A model generated the notes under the pieces. The model was given only the letters and a program-made list of their open reading frames with translations, was not told where the DNA came from and did no database searches. Below are positions 1 through 10,590 of a DNA stretch of 64,000 nt, in pieces; within the stretch, counting starts at the first letter, position 1, and every line of letters begins with the position of its first letter. Origin of the DNA: Selaginella moellendorffii (taxonomy: Eukaryota; Plantae; Lycopodiophyta); NCBI RefSeq assembly GCF_000143415.4, contig NW_003314351.1, positions 735,545 through 799,544 on the forward strand, written 5' to 3'. The translations under genes were made by a program, and so were the position numbers.

Positions 1-2924
1 TCAGGTCTGCACGAGACATTAGCACAAACACGGAAGCTCTGGGTTCAACTGAAGAAGCCACAAAAACCAGGACATGGACGTGCACTAGCAGCTAGCGCCT
101 GGCAGGTAAGCCTCGTTGCATGTGGCATAACATGTGGCCTCACACCATTTCCATTGCAGGAATTCTCGAGTCTTCTCTCGAAAACACTGGGGGTCAATGA
201 CACACTCAGCATCCATAACATTCTACTCGCGACAAAAGTTGTTTTTGACAAATGGGTAGATGTGCTGAGGAGGTACCATGATGGGGAGTTGCTAAACTCA
301 ATGGGTGTGGAGGACGGCCGGAAGCCCAATGATTTGAAGCTCAATGCCTTGCGTTTCTCGCGGTCTCTAGACGACGACGACCTTCTGACAGTGGCTAATG
401 CTCTTCTACGTGGTGAGGTAGTCTTCAACAAGACCAAAATGACTTCCGGCCATATTGTGACATACGAGGACTTGTGCACGACTCTGAGAGCTCGTGCGCT
501 ATTGAAGGATTGGATCTTCGAGCAAGTGGCCGTGGAGAGGGTGAGCATCGACACCACGCAAGAGATGATGGAAGAGCTGGACTTGTCAAATGAAGACATC
601 GACGAGTACGTGAAGGGGGCCCCCAAGTTCATCGATCTGCTGCGGGATGCCATGAAAAGTAAAGCTGAGAAGTTGGATCAGTATCCAAATTTCATTAAGA
701 GGGATGTCGACCGCCGGCTTCAGAAACAGCTCGACCCCGCAGCAGAGGCCTATTGAGAACCTTACCGGGTATACGTGAATTCGGATGAGGATTAAAGGTG
801 GAGGAGCATCGTTTCCTACGGAGATGAGTAGGTCAAGAACATCTTTTGTGTGATGGACTTCACAAACGAAGAGATCACTCATGCAGACGAAGTCAGCTCC
901 ATCATTGACTTAATGGTGGGACTTGCGGAGGTGGAATCTTCAGTCCACTATATGATCTACGACTCCGAATCCTATCACAAGTTCTGGAAGGCCTTGAACG
1001 AGGTGAAGGCTCGGTTGAAAGGCAAGGAGATGCGGGAGATCCATGGGATAATGGCTAAGAAGAAGATACCGACGAATGTCTGCATCTTCACACTCGCACT
1101 TGTTATTGGTCCTGTAGCAGAGTGGGACTGGAGTGACTTCCCAGCTTCGTTCGACAAGGCCGATCGAATTGATCTGAGGGAGGTCAATTTACCCGTGCCT
1201 GAGGAACTGAAGATGGCTATGGAGCTTTCGAATCCAAAGAAAGCTCCAGGTGCAGCATGGGAAATGCTCAGCTGGGTCTTCAACGCAATAGCGGGTGACT
1301 CCAAGGGCAAATGCGTTGTCGAGTAATACTACGGCGGACTATTCTTTCGAGCCGCACTACTCAAGGGTGTCCCGTGTGTTGCGGTGACAAACTCCATTGA
1401 AGAGGTGACTTCAATAGAGCATATAATTACAGTTGCCAAAGAAAAATAGTATCTTCTCTGCGAACCTGGTGAGTACGCACTTTAAGTTTAAATGTTATCT
1501 CACAAGCTCTGTATGCAGGAGCGTGGCCACCCCCAGATGCTGAAACAGCGTTAACAGCTACTGATGTTAGGCCGAGCTCACAACCTGCACAAGGTAAGGT
1601 CACATGAGGCCTCACGCCATTTTGATTATAGATCGTTGTGAATATTCAGACACGAGGACTGAAAAGCGCACTGGTGGCGCATCGAAGAAGGACAAACAGA
1701 CAAGCAATAGGAAAAAAGGAGGTACAAATTATATTTGCAATGGCGTGTGGTCTCATGCCATTCCTTGCAGGAGACACTTCTTCAAAGGCAAAACAGGCAA
1801 GCACCAGCCAAGCTCAAACTGACAGTGGTCATAAAAAGCGAAAGCACGTTGGACAGTCGTTGGGATCAGAGGCGTTTGATTCGAAAAGGAAGAAGGGCAA
1901 CGAAAAGATGATAGGTAATGCCTCGCGGTTATGGCGTGTGTGCTCATGCCATTCATTGCAGATCAAGGGCTGAGTGAAAGGAGCCAATCACCACCTCCTG
2001 ACTCAGATTCCTATGGCGGACTCCCCTTCCCCAATCTCAATGGAGAGGTACAATGGATGAGGGATGCTTTTCAAGTCAGGGCCACGTTTTTCTCATCTCG
2101 TCATCTTTGAAGGGTGCAAGAACGTGCAGAAACCATGTTAAGACAGTCGGGTGAGGATACGGTCCTAGGTCAAACACTAAAACAGGCTATGGATGTCTTG
2201 TATTTTGAGATGGAGACTCGGCCAGATGATTTTCCCAAGATGGTCCTGGAAAAACAAGCCATCCAGCCTGAGCAGCCTATGGAAGAAATGCAGGAGGGGG
2301 ATGAGGAGCCAGAGAAAGATAATGAGCAGGAAGAGCAGAAGGATGAAGAGGAGGACGAAGAAGAGGAGGACGAAGAAGAGGAGGACGAAGAGGACTTGGA
2401 TGGTCCTCACAATGGTGACGATCACAATAACGACGATGACGATGATGACGACGATGGCCAGCCTGAGGTGGCCAAAGAGCAGCGGAGGAAGGTCATACAA
2501 AACAAACCATCAGGTAAATAATAGTACATCCATTTCTAACCTTTTACCATTTCTAACATTGTCCATGTAGGTCGCAGAAGAAATGGTAAGTAGAGATTAT
2601 TCAGTTGAATTAAGATATAAACTCTAGCCTTTAGTGTTGAGGAAGGATAGTGCCAAGCAAGGGTCGAAACGTATGTCCAATCCTTCGGAATCAACAGTGC
2701 GCCCAAGTGATATCGGTCCTAGTTCCTCAATAGCAGTTGATGGTAAATACAGTATAGTCGATTCAATGTGCTAATGAGTTTGTTTTTAGTAGCCAATAGG
2801 GAGGATACCATCTCAATCGAAGGGAGATATTTGGACATGCATATGGATCCGCCAGTGGACTCTACTTGCCTGCAAGAGTCATTAGAGCTGGTGGAGGCTA
2901 CTATCCATATCAACGCCAAGCAAG

Positions 2925-3280
2925 CTGACCACGCTCCACTTGATGCTGCCCATACCACTGAGTCAATCTTGTCCACGTATCCAACTGACGGTGACCAGGC
3001 GCCATTGGACCCGCATGAGGCCACCCCAGCCGCCGAGCCGGTCGTATCCTCATTCCCAACGGACTCAACGTGTGCCCAATTATTTGACTACGCGCCATTG
3101 GAACCTCCCTACACCACCCCTGCTGCCTGTTCGGTCATGTCAACTTTGCCAACGGAGGCACCAGCTGAAATGGCGTGTGATCACACGCCATCGGAACCAC
3201 CCCATGCCACTGTTGAGCCAGTTGTACCAGAGTCTACAGCTGAAATGGCATGTGCCCACACGCCATCGGATGCAATTGAC
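2925..3280 (+). repeat. Degenerate coding tandem repeat (~5 units)
   Basis: Protein units DHAPLD / DQAPLD / DYAPLE / DHTPSE / AHTPSD. Confidence 0.6.
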
Positions 3281-3424
3281 CCCACATTGCAGAGGAGAGT
3301 ATTTCCGCCCTTCACGTTTCCTCGACCAAAACCCTCTGAACGACCATCGGGAGCACCATTCGCTAATATTGTAGATGGTAAAATTGACTTGTACCATTTT
3401 TTATGCTGACGCATTTCATTTCAG

Positions 3425-4287
3425 AGTCACGGCGAAAGTACTGTATCGTTTTTGATCTGAACGGTGTCCTTTTCTCCCATGAGCGTGGCTCGTCCTCGAA
3501 TGTCATTGCACCCTCCAAAGCCTGCGGTCACAACTTGGTCAAAAGAGACAGATTCACATTAATCACACGGGAGAAACTACGGGATCTAATAATGACCATG
3601 CGACACTTAAAACAGAGGGCCGGGTTCAATTTGCCATTGGGAGTTTGGACATCCATGATGCGCCACAATGCATTAACATTGCTACAGATGATGCACGATC
3701 AGACGCGAGTAATATTACCATTTGACTTTCTCCTAATGCAGGAGGATTGCTTGACTATGGTCTATGTGAGGGGTAGCAAGCCCATCTTCGTCAAGCCAGA
3801 GGTTGTAGTGATGAACCGGACTGCTAGGTCAAGTGAAATCCTCATCATCGATGACTCGCCGATTAAAACTGCAGCGAACACGCACACATATGCAGTGCAC
3901 CCCATCTTTTGCAGTATGGAAACTAGGGAGAAGAAACCGTATGTTCTGGGGGACCTTGCAAAACGGCTTGAAGCGATGGTGATAGAGAACCGGCCAGTCC
4001 AGGAGGTTGCTGCAGAAATCAACCAAATGGCAGATGGAACGGTATATCAGAAGCCATTTGATCGGACAGACACCAGTCATCATTTATGGCATGTATATTG
4101 TCTAGCCAAGCACTATCCGCATCTCCATAATCTGCTCAACCGGATGGGTTCTTCGACCATTGAACATGAGCGTGGACGTATTAGAGAAGAGATGGCATTA
4201 CTATTGGGTTTAAATCCTGATAGTGTGGAGAGTGATGAAATTCCAAGATTATTGTATAGGCGTTGGAGGCAAAAAATAACAGTCTGA
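3425..4287 (+). CDS. Last exon: FCP1/SCP/NIF-family HAD phosphatase-like domain
   Basis: HAD motifs in order: CIVFDLNGVL (I), GVWTS (II), FVKP (III), ILIIDDSPIK (IV); open frame to TGA at 4287. Confidence 0.8.
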
Positions 4288-4707
4288 GATGGCATGTATT
4301 TATTTAAAAATGTAACTTATTATGGCATGGGGTTCCATGCCATTGTATTAATATTAAAAGACAATTCTTTGAGAGGATTTGCATTATACTAGAAGTGTTA
4401 CAACATGTTATTGGAAGTCTACGAAGTTGTTTTATTAATAAGGGGAAAGTAAAGATTGAATGGGGACTTGGGCTCCACCTAGACTCGGAGCAACTAAGCC
4501 AATATTAAAAGGATGGAAAGAAATTGGACGACGATGACAAGGAGAAGAGAGAGGTGAAGCAGTGGCAGGGGGAGAAGAAGTGATTGAGTAGACATTTCCT
4601 TGTTTAAAATAAAATGGCATGTGCCTCAATGCAATTGAATTTTGTTATATTTATATACTATATAAAGGTTTGGAAACCTTATTTTACAAGTGGGATAATG
4701 ACAATTT

Positions 4708-6515
4708 CTACTTTAACGAAATAGAGCTTAAAGGTACTTCTTCCTTTCCTGTCTTTTTGTCACTCTTCACCGAGAGTAAGCACAAAAAGGCTGCCTTAGT
4801 TCCTTTGGTGAGTTGTCCTCTCGTGGACACCAGGTTTAAGTAGGAATCTTTGGCCTTACTTTGCCCTACCTTTAGATCCTGGGCCTCCACCCTAGATCTT
4901 CTTCCTTGGGCATTTGCCAATACCACAAGGTTCCTACCTTGTCCATGCAGGGCTACCACGAACCGATTAAACCAATCCATTCCGAAGATCACGTCAAATC
5001 CCGCTATGTCACGGTGAAATCCATGTTTACTTTCCATGTCCCTACTTCGACTCTCGCTTGTCGAAGTACCTCATTAGTGCTTTGGCTACCTTGAACAAAC
5101 TCTATAGTCCTTGGTTTGCCTAGCCGCTGCACCGTTAGTCCGGCTTGCCGGACTATGTTTGCAACCACAAAATTATCCGAAGCACCCGTGTCAATAAGGA
5201 TCTTAACAAAGCTACCTCTGAGCTTCCCTCGGAGGGCTAGTAGATGTCGCAAACGACTCTCTACCAAAGTTGCTCGTGTAATGAGTAACTTTGAGTTAGG
5301 GACTGGATCACATACCTCAGTTTGGACTTCACCCGACTTGACGGCCATATTGGCTCTGGCCTTCTTCGGGTAGGGACATTCCCTCAAAAAGTGTCCCGCT
5401 TCACCGTAGTTGTAGCATACGTTGTTTCCCACACTGCTATATGACTTGACCTTCTTATCTGTGGGTTTGTCTTTTTTCGCTTGACTCCCCCACGTACTCG
5501 CTCGCTGGCCACCGGATTTACCTTTCCGGAACCCCGAGGACTCATTCTTAGAGAAACTCTTCTTGAATTTCCCCCTGCTATACATTCCCCTTAGTTTGGC
5601 CCCTTTGCTAAACGTGGATCCCGACCCCGTCGTGTTCCCCTTTCGCAGGTTATCGTTGAAATGCACCTTGATGGCCGTATCCAACTCTTCTTTGTAGTTG
5701 GTCGGGTTCCACCGCATCACCTCGCCGCGAGCCCAGGTTTGCAAACCTGATATGAAGGCATGGAACGCATCCATATCCCCTATGTCCGTGACCAGTATCT
5801 TCTTTGCCATGAACCCATTCACATATTCTTGGATGGTTCCAATCTGCTTCAGCCTACTCAGCTCATCTCTCAGATGCAGAGTGGCATTCGGAGGAACGTA
5901 TGTTGCGCGGATCCTCGCCTTCATCATGTCCCAAGTGGCCACCGGTCCTTCGTTGCCCTCTGTCGTTCTCCACCAAGACTTGGCATTATCTGCCAAGTAT
6001 GGTTTTGCACATGGGACCTTCTCCGAGCTCGGTAATCGCAACGCTCGGAAGTAGTCCTCCATATCGTAAAACCAATCCTCCACCACCTTATAATCATTCA
6101 CTCCCTTGAAGACCGGTGGGGGCTTTGGTTTGTACTTGGGAACTGCCTGAGGGACTGATTCTACTTCTGTCTATTCGACCTTGTCTGGTTTTGCCTCAGT
6201 CCCTGCCGAATGGTCCGCACCTTCTGCGCTGCTAGCATCCGTGGTCTTTCTCTTTTTCTTCCGCCTCTCGTCACGCTTTAGCTTGCGTACGAGAGTTTCC
6301 AGTAGGGCATTGGTCTGTGCCAACTGTCCTTCTAGCACGTCCAATCGAGCCTTGGACGATCGAACCTCGCCACCGGACTCCTGTTTGGAAGTTTCCTCAC
6401 TAGAGTCCTCCTCATGCAAGGATTCCTCATCCATAGCCTCTTGTTCAACCGGAGGCTCCAGCTCCGGCGGAGGTTCCGTCTCCGCCTGGGTTCGCTTACG
6501 CCCTGCCCTTGCCAT
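4708..6515 (-). pseudogene. gag: Ty3/Gypsy gag plus aspartic protease (family A), no RT follows
   Basis: ORFs 6171-6515 and 5004-6101 share a frame (TAG at 6171). Capsid-like WFYDMEDYF/AKSWW/LKQIGTIQEY; zinc knuckle CYNYGEAGHFLRECP; protease LIDTGAS. Frameshift near 5010 into FDVIFGMDW, stop at 4708. Confidence 0.9.
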
Positions 6516-6558
6516 CTCCCAGCAATCCGCCTCTATCCTTTGCTAGAACTGAGGAAAA

Positions 6559-6571
6559 GGCTCCGATACCA
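6559..6571 (-). promoter_or_regulatory. Primer binding site (tRNA-iMet type)
   Basis: Minus strand TGGTATCGGAGCC, 3 nt after the LTR end. Confidence 0.9.
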
Positions 6572-6574
6572 AAT

Positions 6575-7703
6575 TGTAAGCCACAAATTTTTCCTTTCCA
6601 ATTTGCCAGCTTACCTCGTCTATCCGTCCAACATTGCCTTGGCTTTTGCTAAGTTCCCTTGCCAAGGTTCTCGCCTATGGTACCAGCTCCTACTTGGTCT
6701 CAGCTACTCACTGCACGAGCAACGGAGTGTTAGCCATCCATCTACGGATTCCCAAATCTCTCCCAATCCCCCTCCCCGGGTTAGACTGGACTTAAGGTTC
6801 GGTTACACTCCCCGCAAGCACAAGCAGCCAAGCACACCAAGCTTCCAGGTTCCTAACATCCCTTGGTACCACAAGACTTGATCATGGGACCCTCTAAATC
6901 CCAAGTCTTGAGTGCAACACTTGCTTCGGGATGCCGGGGCGAAACACCGTGGCCTAGTGGCCTGGTATGGGTACCTCTACCCCCCCACTTCCATCCCGAA
7001 GGAAGGCCCAAGCCCCTAGGAAGGGCGAGGACCAATGAGCCGCATGGTACTCAAGTGGGGCACCACTCCACATGAGCCGGGAGCACTGCAATTGGTTTCC
7101 CTTTCAGGAGTGGGAGCTGCTCTTGAGCACTTCCTTGGAGGGCCCCTCCGGCCCCAACCAAGTCCATGCTCATTGCCCCCCAAGGCCCCTCGGTCCCAAT
7201 CCCAATTTCAAGTCGGTTTGGGAGCCCCCCTGGGGAATCCCTTCAAAACTGGTTCCTAGACCCCCCTACCCTTACTAAACTTTGGGAACCCCCGGCAGCC
7301 CCCCCCCCCCCCCCTGGGAGACGCACGCTTTGGGCTTTCACCCCTTGACCCGTATTAGTATTTGGACTTAGTCTCTGGCCCGATCTCGGACCCGATTTCG
7401 GATCTGACTTCGGATTCGGTCTCGGACTCGATCTCGGACTCGATCTCGGACTCGACCTCGGACTTAGTCTCGGACCCAATTTCGGATCTCGGACTCCGTC
7501 TCGAACTCGGTCTCGAACTCGGACTCGAACTCGGTCCCCGAGTCGGTCTCGGACTCGATTCCGGACTCTATCTCGAACTCGGTCCTAGAGTCGGTCTTGG
7601 ACTCGATTTTCGACTTGGTCCCATCCGATGAACTCTTTGTCATTTTGGTCATGCTTTCGGGGTTCCTTTAGCCTACGACACCTCGGCGAGTTGGTTCCTT
7701 ACA
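6575..7703 (-). mobile_element. 5' LTR of family A element (1129 bp)
   Basis: TGTAAG...CTTACA termini, adjacent PBS and gag, (CTCGGA)n-type array at about 7366-7622; related decayed copy at about 61310-62020. Confidence 0.9.
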
Positions 7704-8551
7704 ATATGCCAAGTGCTGGACATCCGGGGGTATTGAGAATGTATATGTTGGTGAAGAGGCATTTCTTTTGACCTAGGATGAAGTCAAATGTTGAGAAGTA
7801 CGTATGTGGTTGTTTGACCTACCAGGTGGCCAAAGTTGATCATCAGAAGTTTGTTGGCCTCTATCATCCTTTATGTGTACCCGAGAATAAGTGGGATAGC
7901 ATCTTGATGGACTTTATCACTAGTTTGCCCAAAACCTTTCGAGGAAATGATGCTATTTGGGTTGTTGTGGATCATTTGACGAAGATGGCTCACTTTTTCC
8001 TCGTAAAGATGATGATAAAAGCTTTTGAACTTGCTTAGTTGTTTGTAAACTAGTTATTCAGTCTCTATAGTTTGCTAGGTGACATTGTGAGTGATCGGGA
8101 TCCCAAGTTCACGTCCAAGTTTTGGCAAACGGTCTTTGAAAAGCTAGAGACTAAGCTGAGCATGAGTAGTGGTGAGCATCCACAATCTAATGTGCAAACA
8201 GAGAACATAAATCAGCTATTAGAAGATATGCTAAGGTCTTTTGTGGGAAACTTGACTTGACAGGGAGTATGGGAAAAGTACTTGCCTTTGCTTCAATTTG
8301 CTCATAATAGCACTTATCAATTGGCTATTAGCATGTCTCCCTTCATGGCAATGTATGGCTATGAGCCTAGGTCTTCTGTGAGATTGAATTTGGCTTTGGC
8401 TCGGGTACCTCATGCTTGTGATTTCTTGGAAGATATGCAAGACAAGCTTGAGTTGGCAAAGTTAAACGTGAGGCAAGCTCAAGAGCAAGACAAAACATTG
8501 GCTAATGAGCATCATCATCATCAAGAGTATAAAGTTGGTGACAAGGTTTAA
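7704..8551 (+). pseudogene. pol: Older Gypsy integrase remnant, cut inside its HHCC zinc finger
   Basis: MPSAGHPG..FF*PRMKSNVEKYVCGC, WDSILMDFITSLP, IVSDRDPKFTSKFW, HPQSNVQTE, SPFMAMYGYEP, YKVGDKV; several stops. Confidence 0.9.
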
Positions 8552-9118
8552 GTTGTCGGATGCACAACGGTCTCTGAAAGGAGGTGGCAAACATCTCCAT
8601 GGCCACTGATATATTTTTAGCTTCTTCAATTCAATTCTCACAAACCTAGACACAAGAAACAAAAAGTAAAAGGAGAAAAAAACTTGATATCATTCAATGA
8701 AATTTATAAGTAACCTTCTTTCTCACGTCTTATCATTTTTCAGCAATCACCAACAGGTAAAATTTTCCACCTTGCAGCCTTAGTGATGTCATCGTTCAAG
8801 CCTGTCAAAGTATTTGTAAGGATCCGAAATAGAAGGAATCAAATGTAGCACACACCCACTTCTTCTTCGTATCCTTTCGGATGTGCTCGCCAAGGCCACT
8901 TCCCTTGAGAGCTCTGGTACAGCATTGTTCCATCTATCAATACTGTGAGCGTTGTCTGATTATACTGTGAGCGTTGGAAAGACAAGACCAGTAAAACCTA
9001 GCAGTGACGGTGATTTCATGTTGTTGAGAGAAACTATCATACTGGTTTACTGGTTTAATGTTGTTCCACGGAGCTATCTCTTTTGCGTGGTGGATCATCG
9101 AACTCCTAAGGCTTTGTT

Positions 9119-9122
<4 letters not shown>

Positions 9123-9158
<36 letters not shown>
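9123..9158. repeat. (CT)n microsatellite
   Basis: Direct reading. Confidence 0.95.
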
Positions 9159-9160
<2 letters not shown>

Positions 9161-9454
9161 ATCTACTTTATCTGAAGTCCACTTCATAGATAGAAAATTC
9201 TCACCATTTAACTTCTGATTGCTTGTGATTCTTGAGTTTGATCTCAACTTCTCCAGCTACCATCTTATCAAACACAGCTGAGCTTAATAATCTCACACAT
9301 TATGTTCGGGATCTACTTTACTGAAGTCCACTTCATAGATAGAAAATTCTCACCATTTAACTTCTGATTGCTTGTGATTCTTGAGTTTGATCTCAACTTC
9401 TCCAGCTACCATCTTATCAAACACAGCTGAGCTTAATAATCTCACACATTATGT
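9159..9454. repeat. Near-identical ~147-bp tandem duplication
   Basis: 9159-9305 repeated at 9309-9454. Confidence 0.95.
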
Positions 9455-9457
9455 ATA

Positions 9458-9760
9458 CTAGCAAGGAATCCAACTCCGCTGGCATAGATAGTAATTATGT
9501 TATTTTATATTATCATTTTAAATAATTTCTTTATAGACTATGTTTTTTGTGTACACTATTTTATTTTGCAGAAAACCTTGTCCCTCACATTGTTCTACAG
9601 ACATTTGTGTCTTTGATGTTCCCCTTAAGAGTGCAACATAAAGTTGACCATGGTTGAAAACTTGTCTTAGCAATAATATCTTTATATTTTAGTGTTTGTC
9701 TTTAGGATTTGCAAATTGTAATAGAGAATGCATGTCTTATAGAGAACTACTACCATTTTA
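9458..9760 (-). mobile_element. Helitron 3' end with PIF1 helicase C-terminal remnant
   Basis: Minus strand reads FSIRHAFSITICKS*RQTL ... VFNHGQLYVALLRG (9621-9760), then hairpin CCAGCGGAGTTGG (9470-9482) and terminal CTAG (9458-9461) followed by T. Confidence 0.85.
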
Positions 9761-10328
9761 CAATGATTGGCATATCTCCATTTTTTTGGTTTCAAAGAGA
9801 TTATTGCATATCATTATGTAAAATTTTAACTTCAATAACATTTGGTAAAGCTTTGGTTATGATAGTTTATTTGTGTTAATATTATGTAAGAGCATTATGA
9901 TACAGCTGATTTTTATGTTTAGCTTATGTGAAGGCATTCCAGACGGTGTTACCAAGTTTAAGAGGATAGTCAAGCATCTTCTCATTTGATTCTGTTTCTA
10001 CAGTATTAATGCTCTTGTTTGTTATTGTTTCTCATTCTTGAAAGGATTTAGTCATTTACTTGTAAAGAGAGGTCATTTAAGTTGTGAGAATAGCCTTTCG
10101 AAATAGGCTTAAGTTGCTTGTCTCTATATGTTTTTCAAACATACTATCAATTGTTCTCTAGTAGTGGATGTTAATGGTGCTCTGAATGTCCTGATTAAAT
10201 CTTAGGAGGTTAGGGAGATTGCCATTTCCTTGGGTCACAAGCCATCTTGACCATTCCTTTTCTTCTGGGTTCACTTGCATGTTTATAGGCAATGAGAACT
10301 TTTAAATTTTAGACCATATTGGTGAAGA

Positions 10329-10590
10329 NNNNNNNNNNNNNNNNNNNNNNNNNNNNNNNNNNNNNNNNNNNNNNNNNNNNNNNNNNNNNNNNNNNNNNNN
10401 NNNNNNNNNNNNNNNNNNNNNNNNNNNNNNNNNNNNNNNNNNNNNNNNNNNNNNNNNNNNNNNNNNNNNNNNNNNNNNNNNNNNNNNNNNNNNNNNNNNN
10501 NNNNNNNNNNNNNNNNNNNNNNNNNNNNNNNNNNNNNNNNNNNNNNNNNNNNNNNNNNNNNNNNNNNNNNNNNNNNNNNNNNNNNNNNNT
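10329..10590. other. Assembly gap (others at 16826-17333, 35614-35713, 46758-46908, 52362-52461)
   Basis: Runs of N. Confidence 1.

Larger units (their letters stand above)
1..4287 (+). pseudogene. Multi-exon gene (5' end outside window): unknown N-terminus, putative degenerate amino-MTase-like fold, basic/acidic linker, Pro/Thr repeats and C-terminal FCP1/NIF-like HAD phosphatase; 6 in-frame stops
   Basis: Phase-compatible GT-AG exons: <1-105, 160-1468, 1519-1593, 1650(or 1632)-1721, 1771-1914, 1962-2513, 2571-2585, 2635-2742, 2790(or 2793)-3377, 3425-4287; introns about 47-57 nt. Stops at 754, 793, 829, 1324, 1447, 2108; no frameshift needed. Confidence 0.8.

Noticed and set aside
754-2110. 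Stops repaired by U-to-C editing or readthrough
   Set aside because: Every stop codon is trivially one C-to-T change from a sense codon; such editing is organellar, and pseudogenisation is simpler.
2177-2570. Hydrophobic and Arg-rich ORFs
   Set aside because: Shadow frames of the Glu/Asp-rich exon.
127-4635. CRISPR-like array interpretation of the palindromes
   Set aside because: Irregular spacing, embedded in a eukaryotic spliced gene, no cas genes.
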